The notes beneath the pieces were generated by a model. The model saw only the letters and a program-made list of their open reading frames with translations. It was not told where the DNA came from and searched no databases. Below are positions 56,601-64,000 of a stretch of 64,000 nucleotides of DNA, piece by piece. Positions within the stretch are counted from its first letter, which is position 1. Each line of letters starts with the position of its first letter. This DNA is from Eledone cirrhosa. Lineage: Eukaryota. The stretch is taken from the NCBI GenBank assembly GCA_964016885.1, contig OZ024750.1:30566001-30630000 (forward strand), read 5' to 3'. The position numbers were made by a program, and so were the translations under genes.

Positions 56601-57280
56601 CAGCAACTCGACTGTAGAAACTGATGTTGTATCACAAATCCTCATTATTATAGTTTGGCAGTATCGGTGGAGTGTTGGACAACATGTTTTGTAGCCTAGA
56701 GTTATGACCCTTTACACTCTGAGTTCAAATCCCACCTACGTTAGCATTGCCTTTCATCCTTACGGGATTGATAAAATGTGTCATGCTTAATCTCCCTGAG
56801 AAGTATGTTAGGGGTACATGTGCTCAGCTACTTACATGTTAATTTCTTGAACAGGCAAGAGGAAGATTATGGTGATGATGGTGATGATGATGGTAGTGAT
56901 AACGTTAATGTTGATGGTTATGATGATAATGATAATGGTGATGATGATGATGATGATAATAATTGTTTCTGCTTTTGGCACAAGGCCAGCTATTACCCCA
57001 GTGTATTACTGGTACTTTATTTTATCGACCTCTGTAAGGATGAAAGGCAAAGTTAACCTCGGCGGGATTTGAACTCAGAATGGCAAGGGCCGTAACTCAA
57101 TGCGTCAAAGCATGGCGTCCGACCCTCTACCGATACTGCCAATCCACCTGGTGATTATTAAGTTATTGTGTTATATGTTGGCGCTAAGGTTTCTCACCTG
57201 ATCTAAGAGTTTGAGTTCTAGTGATAGATAAATAAATAGACAGAACAAAATAGAAAAATATCAATAAATAAACCACTTAC

Positions 57281-57533
57281 CATTCTCTTCCATGTATCAT
57301 TACCTCTTGTCCAGCATCATAATGTTTCTTATGGAATGGATCAAAGCAAGTACATTTTGAAGCTTCTACACATATTCCTTCATTATCCAATAGTGTACCA
57401 TTTGGACATTGACATCCAGATACGCAACCAAAATCACAATTATCTATTTTTTTACCTAAATCATGGCATGATGTCTGGCATGAAGATTTACAGTTCACAT
57501 ATGTTTGACCAGTACCAACAGGACAAGTTATAC
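57281..57533 (-). CDS. Exon: TIL domain plus start of E module
   Basis: gttatag / gtaagt; 253 nt, phase 1 to 2; CPVGTGQTYVNCKSSCQTSCHDL..CVSGCQCPNGTLLDNEGICVEASKCTC. Confidence 0.92.
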
Positions 57534-57985
57534 CTATAACGATAGATTGTTTAAAGATATAGTCATTTTAAACTTAAACAACAAAGATTTACAGTTCACA
57601 TATGTTTGACCAGTACCAATAGGACAAGTTTTACCTATAACGATAGATTGTTTAAAGATATAGTCATTTTAATCCTATGGTCATTCATTTGTGATCGAGG
57701 GAAGTCATTCTTTACAGACCATCTGATGAGATTCCAAACAGTACCTGTATATTCAGTTATCCTTACAAGGTCATGGCTTGACCCAAGGCTTTAGTAATTA
57801 ACATGTGAATAAGATGTCACACAGTGGGATTGAACCAGGGAACCAATAATTGTGAAGGGATTTCTTACCACTCAGTCATAATGTACTAGAAACTAATGAT
57901 AATTATAGAACTTAAAACATGATAATATTTCGATAATGAAAATCTAATGATATATTTGTAATAATTCAAAAGATAATTTACTTAC

Positions 57986-58223
57986 TACAAGCAGAATTAA
58001 TGGTATTGTTTGACAGCCAGTCAATAATTATATCCTTTTCACCACATTCTCTTGCATAAGCTTCCAAAGCAACACAAAATGCTTTTGTACTAAAAGCATT
58101 ACTGTTACACATGTCCCTCATGCAAAGTTCCTTAAACTTATTTGAAGGAACCACCTTTAAACATTCCGAAAATATTGCGTTTTCTTCAAATGCTGAGCAG
58201 TAATTTATAGCTGTTTCCAAATT
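57986..58223 (-). CDS. Exon: C8 domain
   Basis: ctttcag / gtaagt; 238 nt, phase 0 to 1; YCSAF..FSECLKVV..CMRDMC..FCVALEAYAREC..IDW matches C8. Confidence 0.92.
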
Positions 58224-58518
58224 CTGAAAGAAATATTTAAGATATTATAATCAATAAAGAGAATACGTCTATATAAAATATATAATATATATGATACTAG
58301 CTGATGTACCCAGCTTCGCCCAGGTAAACAGATGATAAGAGAAGACTGGTAGAAGAGAAAACGACTGTATTGGATACATTGCTTGGTTAACAGTATGAGG
58401 CGAGACCTTAGTGTGTGTGTGTGACATAACAAACACAGTCATAAATCTTCCAGCTACAGCAGATTCTTCGTTTTACCGTTTGTGCATAGTATATGAAAAT
58501 GTTTAGGTGTTCCATCTC

Positions 58519-59043
58519 ATTATTAACCATCTCGCCAATTGCAACCCTGAGCACCTTTTTGATCTCCATGTGTCTAACACACGTGGACATGCCTACAAAA
58601 TCAGAAAACAGCACAGCTCCCATGACTTTCGTAGACATTTTTTCAGAGTTGCTGAAGCATGGCACAAACTGCTTGCGTCAGTTGTTAGCTGCCGAGACAC
58701 TGCATCCTTTAAGACACTCATGCTTCCCGAAATACGCCAAAACTACACCTGATGTACCCCTTCCATACACATGCACACATGTGTGTATCATGACTCGTGC
58801 ACTGTTAATTTTCCTGATGTTTGTGCATTGCCCTATGTACTGTACATGCACTTTTTGATGAGTCGTGGTGCACCTGGGCACTGTACACAATATTTCATTG
58901 TTATTATTGTTGTTATTATTATATCATGACACATACACTGTTCATTTTCCTGACATTTTTACATTATTCTATGTACTATACATGCACCTTTGATGAGTTG
59001 TAGTACACCTGAGCACTGTACACAATGATTTCATTATTATTAT
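58519..59043 (+). mobile_element. CR1-group LINE 3' fragment with duplicated 3' UTR
   Basis: Same family as 3319-3733; the 3' UTR segment recurs at 58924-59043. Confidence 0.85.
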
Positions 59044-59375
59044 GAACAACCTACATATAACTGTCAATGGCGAAAAATCGATTCTCTCATATTCAATCCT
59101 ACAACTTTGAGACTCTGATCCTGAGCTTTATTTATGGTCATAGCAAAACTGGCTCTAACAGGGAACTGAAGTCTTTTCGTTTACATAGGTTTTATATATA
59201 TACAATGTTTGTGTATTTCTAGAAAAATATCATGTGATCCACATAACAGGTACAGAAGAGCCGAACTCCCACTGTCATCGCCTCCATCTCTCTCACCCTC
59301 CCCATATGCGGTATATAGCTAGATCAAAGGTTAGTAAAGTATCTAATAGTATATATCAAGAAAAAAAAAACTTAC

Positions 59376-59543
59376 AGTAGTATCTGTGGTACATGGGTTA
59401 ACCTCACTGTCGTCTCCTTGTTCTGTAAAACATGATGTGCTGAGAAATTCTTTGATAAATTGTGTTTTATGCAATTGTAAACCATTAAAGCCTGTAAATT
59501 CATTAGTTTTATCTAAATCATAGTTTCCACAGAGACCAAGGAC
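59376..59543 (-). CDS. Exon: end of VWD domain (GLCGN motif)
   Basis: ttttcag / gtaagt; 168 nt, phase 0-0; VLGLCGNYDLDKTNEF...NPCTTDTT. Confidence 0.92.
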
Positions 59544-61546
59544 CTGAAAAATGAAGTATGAATATAAATATAGTACATAATTAGTCAAATAACAGTTTCT
59601 GATTTAGGCACAAGGCCAACAAATTTTTGGGGCAGAGAGGAAAGTCAATTAAATCGACCCAGTGCTTTACTGGTACTTTATTATGTCGACTCCGCAAAGC
59701 TAACCTCGGCGGGATTTGAACGCAGAACGTAAAGGGCCGTGACTCAATGGCACAAAGTATGTTGTCCGTCGCTCTACCGATTACTGCCAATCCACACTCT
59801 TTATAATACTCAAATAATTGTTTCTACTTTTGGCACAAGGCCAGCAAATACCCAGTGTATTACTGGTACTTTATTTTATCAACCCTGTAAGGATGAAAGG
59901 CAAAGTTAACCTCGGCGGGATTTGAACTCAGGTCATAAAGAGCCAAAGCATGGCGTCCGACCCTCTACTGATACTGCCAATCCAATAATGCTACTTGTTT
60001 GGTATAGTATGGTCCTGTAAACCCTAATGGAGTCGTAGGGGCGCCGTAGTGGCATACATCATTTCTTGGGGTTTTACTGTAGTTAAGTAAATACCAGCCA
60101 TTTAACTCACGCAAAAGCTAACCGAGAATTAATAGACTTCCGTCAGTTCTGATGATAATTATTTAGGTGTTGGATTAACTGAATTGCTTACTTATTGAAT
60201 TATCATGTAACATGGTCCATTGGATGTGTAATGTTAATGTGCAGCATGAATGACGAAATATGGATGAGCTGAGAATGAGAGGAATCGGATGTTGTGTGCA
60301 GGAGAGATGATTGCACTGGTATGAACATGTAATGCATATGGATGATGATTACTGGGTTGTACAAACTGAAAAAAAAAAAAAAAAAAAGGAAAAGTCGATA
60401 AAATTGGACAAGGGAGATAACTTCTAAATGATCATAAAAGTTACTTCCCTTGGAAATTTTGTGCTTGGGATGGAGATTTTAATATGTTCAATAATATGTT
60501 CAATATTTTAATCTTTTAAAACGTGAAATTTGGCAAATTAATTCCTATATTTTTATTTTACATTTGTTTTAAAAGAATACACGAAATTAAAACTATAACA
60601 AAGTATTTGATTAAAAAAAGAATTATATCAAAAATACAATAATTTGGGAATTTATTCAGTTAATACAAAATGGAAGTTTAAATTTCTACTACTGTGTTTA
60701 TTTTATATGTAGAAATAAGACTTAGTGAATATGGTATTGTTTTATATGTAGAAATAAACTCACAGATGAGAAGACAAATGAACACTAAGAGTGGAGAAAT
60801 ATGTTGAAAAGGACCCGTCCAACACATGCAAGCATGGAAAATTGGACATAAAATGATGATGAAGACTTAGTGAGTGTGGTATGGTTTTTATATGAAGAAA
60901 TAAGGAGACTTATTGAGTATGGTATGGTTTTATATGTAGAAATATGAAGACTTGGTGAGTATTATATGGTTTTATATGTAGAAATAAGAAGACTTGGTGA
61001 ATATTGTATTACTTTTATTTGCCATCTAAAAAAAAAAAAAATTGTTGACCTCTACCTTATATGATTACAAAAGATTAGCCTCACCTAATTAAAAGAAGCC
61101 TTACCTAATTAAAAGAAATGATGTGAAATATATTTTTACTTTTCTACAATTTGGTTTCTTTTTAAATTTGAAACAACTTTCTGATATCATTAATTCTTTT
61201 GGAAAAAAACATGTTTAGAATAGAATTAGGGTGTTTGCTCCAACATAATTGTATACATATATATGTATGGTTTTTATATCTAATAATATACGATATGTTT
61301 ATGAATAAACATTTGAAAGCTTTTAGCTATGAATTTTGCTTCTGGAATTAGCTGGATGATGACAGCTACCAACTTTAAAATACATAGCTAAAGGCTTCCA
61401 AATGTTTATTCATAAGCATATTGTATATTCAATATACATGTATGTTTGTAATAATTTGTTTCATATTACCCCTACTCACAAATGATAAATTATCCTGGTT
61501 TACTATTTCAAAATGGAAGATGATAAAATATAATTTCTTCACTTAC

Positions 61547-61852
61547 CTTTGTTCTAAGAACTGCTTCCAGTTTTATATATATTGCTTCACTTAGTTCATA
61601 AGCAACATTGAAATTTTCACCTTCAATTAAGTAGAAGGAATTGGTTACTTTTTTAATAAAAATCTGCCTACTCTGGAAAAGTGTTCCGGTTTGATAAATA
61701 TTATTGACATACAATCCTTTTGATGTGATTTTGATAATGTAATTAGGTACTTCCACTAAAAGACTAGTAAAACAATTCATATCTGTTTGAATTGGAGAAG
61801 AACATGCTTCGAATTCCATTGATATTTTAAGATTCTCTGGTGCATTAATATG
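61547..61852 (-). CDS. Exon: middle of VWD domain
   Basis: poly-T-cag acceptor, gtaagt donor; 306 nt, phase 0-0; HINAPENLKISMEFEACSSP...AIYIKLEAVLRTK. Confidence 0.9.
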
Positions 61853-63016
61853 CTGAAAAAAAAAAAATATATATATATTTTATATTGTAATTAGAAAGTG
61901 TAAAAACGTATTTAAATAAATGTTTTTTTTAAGAAGTTATTAATTGGTTAATGGAATGGAGAGCAAAACCAACTGGTAGGAAACCCAGGGGTAGACCACA
62001 AGCAAGATGGTTGGATAACATACATGAGCTTGGCTGGTCTCACTTGGGGATTCAACCACTGAAGACCCCTCCCCCCTCTCACACGACCCTATATAGGGAT
62101 CGTAAGAAACTCTCAGGAGAGCTGGATAGCAGAAGGTCTTCAAAGTAGAACCCCATCCTCCTCTTCCAGCAAGGGTTTTGGCCCTTAACTTCTATACAAT
62201 ATAAATGGTAATAAGGAAATGAAAAAGAATGAGAAAGAAATTCTTAATAATTAAATCCTGCTTTTCAATGTTAATTATAATGTTGGCTTCATCAGCACCA
62301 AACATTTTACTTCATACTCTCATTCTGAAATCCATTTCATATAAAAAAGATAGTAGTAGACAAATAGATATACTGTGAGATATATTATTGCTGAACTTTC
62401 ATCAGTAATGCTGATTCATGCTTTGTGTTCCAGTTCTTTGAACAATGGAACAACCTGCTTGTGAAATTATCTTGCAAATGTCTAAGCATTCCAAAACTTG
62501 CGTAAACTGAACTTAACTTAATTTCTCAGAGAAAATCAGCATGACTAGAGCCAGATTTAATAGGGGACAAAAGGGGGCAATTGCCCCGGAACCCCTGCTG
62601 GCGGGAGGCATCAGTGATGGCCGTAGCAATTTATTTGTGCCCTAAGCTGGGCTTTTTAGTTTTAGAATGGTTAGAATTTTTGAATTTAATACTTGTATTT
62701 ATAACTTTTTAATTTCAATTACTTGCAGCAAGCTAACTTTGATATGTAAAATTGGGGGTGTTTGTTGTGTATTCTAATTTTTTATGTACGAGGGGTCCTC
62801 CAAACCTGAAGTGCCCCAGGCCCCTTTCCTAACCCTGATCATGACACAGTGTGTATAACAAGGTACATTTACAACACTTTTTATTCCAGCTGAGTGGTCT
62901 GGAGCAATAAGAAATTAAGCATCGAAAAAAAAAAAATGAAAGGGGGAAAAAGGGACATATTGTACACCTCAGTTTGAGTGGTAAAATATACATATTTTAG
63001 AACCATTTTTACTCAC

Positions 63017-63158
63017 CTGAACAAAAGTGTATCCACAAGCGACAGGTTCAATTGTATAAATTAATGAATCGAAAGTGGTCAGAGTACCCAGACCGATGAA
63101 GCTGCATGTGGAAGGGCATTTCTTGTCCTCACATACCCATTTACTATTTAAACAGTCA
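63017..63158 (-). CDS. Exon of VWF-D/SCO-spondin/mucin-like gene: start of VWD domain (D2-like)
   Basis: tttacag acceptor, gtgagt donor; 142 nt, phase 2 to 0; DCLNSKWVCEDKKCPSTCSFIGLGTLTTFDSLIYTIEPVACGYTFVQ has the VWD 'C..TFD...C.Y' start. Confidence 0.9.
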
Positions 63159-64000
63159 CTGTAAAGTAAAATAAAAAACGTAAATAAAGTATCTTACATT
63201 TGTTAATTTATTGAAGGCTTTTTAAATGATCCTTTAATAATTGTTACTACTTTTGGCACAAGGCCAGCAATTACCCAGTGCATTACTAGTACTTTATTTT
63301 ATCGACCCCGTAAGGATGAAAGGCAAAGTTAACCTCGGCGGGATTTGAACTCAAACCATAAAGGACCGTAACTCTATGCTGCAAAGCATGGTGTCCGACT
63401 CTCTACTGATACTGCCAATCCCTTTAATAATGAAGGAAAGGCACGTGGTTGAGTTGCTAGAGAATTGATTTACAATTGTGAAGTTGTGAGTTCGATTCCT
63501 GGACCAGGCAATGCATTAGGTCTTTGAGGAATAAACTTTATTTCATGTTGTTCCTTCTGCCTAGACTTGCGACTGGTAGATAGTATTAGCAATTGGAAAC
63601 ACCAATGGAAACAATGTTTCCTTGGTCCAATTTGATGAGCCCCATGCCACTTGTTAAGTGAATGAGATTTGGGATCTTCTTGATCGATTGTTATATACAT
63701 ATATTAGTCTATTTGGTTACAAGATGTTAGAATTAGGACCAAAACTCAGTATTTCAAATAAGTAAAGAGAATATTAAACATATTTCATCTTTCTTTTAAA
63801 CCTGTAACTCCTGGCGAGGTCGTATTAGTGGTGTAGTAAATTATGATGTTTCTCATGCATTTAAAACCTAATGGAGTCCATCCCGTTTCCAGGTCTGAAC
63901 ACAGTCGATTTTGAAATGCAAAGTTGGTGCCGGTGAGATTTAAACTCAGAGAACAGAGAGCCAGAAGAAAAACTTGCAAAGTAATCTATCAAATGGTCTA

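Overview
Eukaryotic, AT-rich, repeat-dense genomic DNA. The SINE/LINE repertoire and huge (TA)n tracts suggest a mollusc, probably an octopus; that is inference, not a database result. The whole window lies inside one large minus-strand gene with neither start nor stop visible. I assembled by hand a phase-consistent chain of 14 exons (63158 down to 13709) encoding VWD-C8-TIL / TIL / VWD-C8-TIL (a D2-D'-D3-like assembly) and one LDL-receptor class A module, as in SCO-spondin/hemocytin/gel-forming mucins. Five symmetric phase-1 Ser/Thr/Pro-rich micro-exons (42-51 nt) follow; they are being multiplied by a 4.4-kb tandem duplication. One VWD exon carries a 1-nt frameshift and one exon has a duplicated upstream acceptor that would add a stop. 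Introns hold an intact RTE-clade LINE with a PHD finger inside its RT, its probable partner SINEs, CR1/CRE/Penelope remnants, MITEs, minisatellites, a ~13-kb (TA)n-rich field, and several Penelope-type minimal hammerhead ribozyme motifs, mostly in or beside long palindromes. Nearly all ORFs in the supplied track are repeat-derived artefacts.
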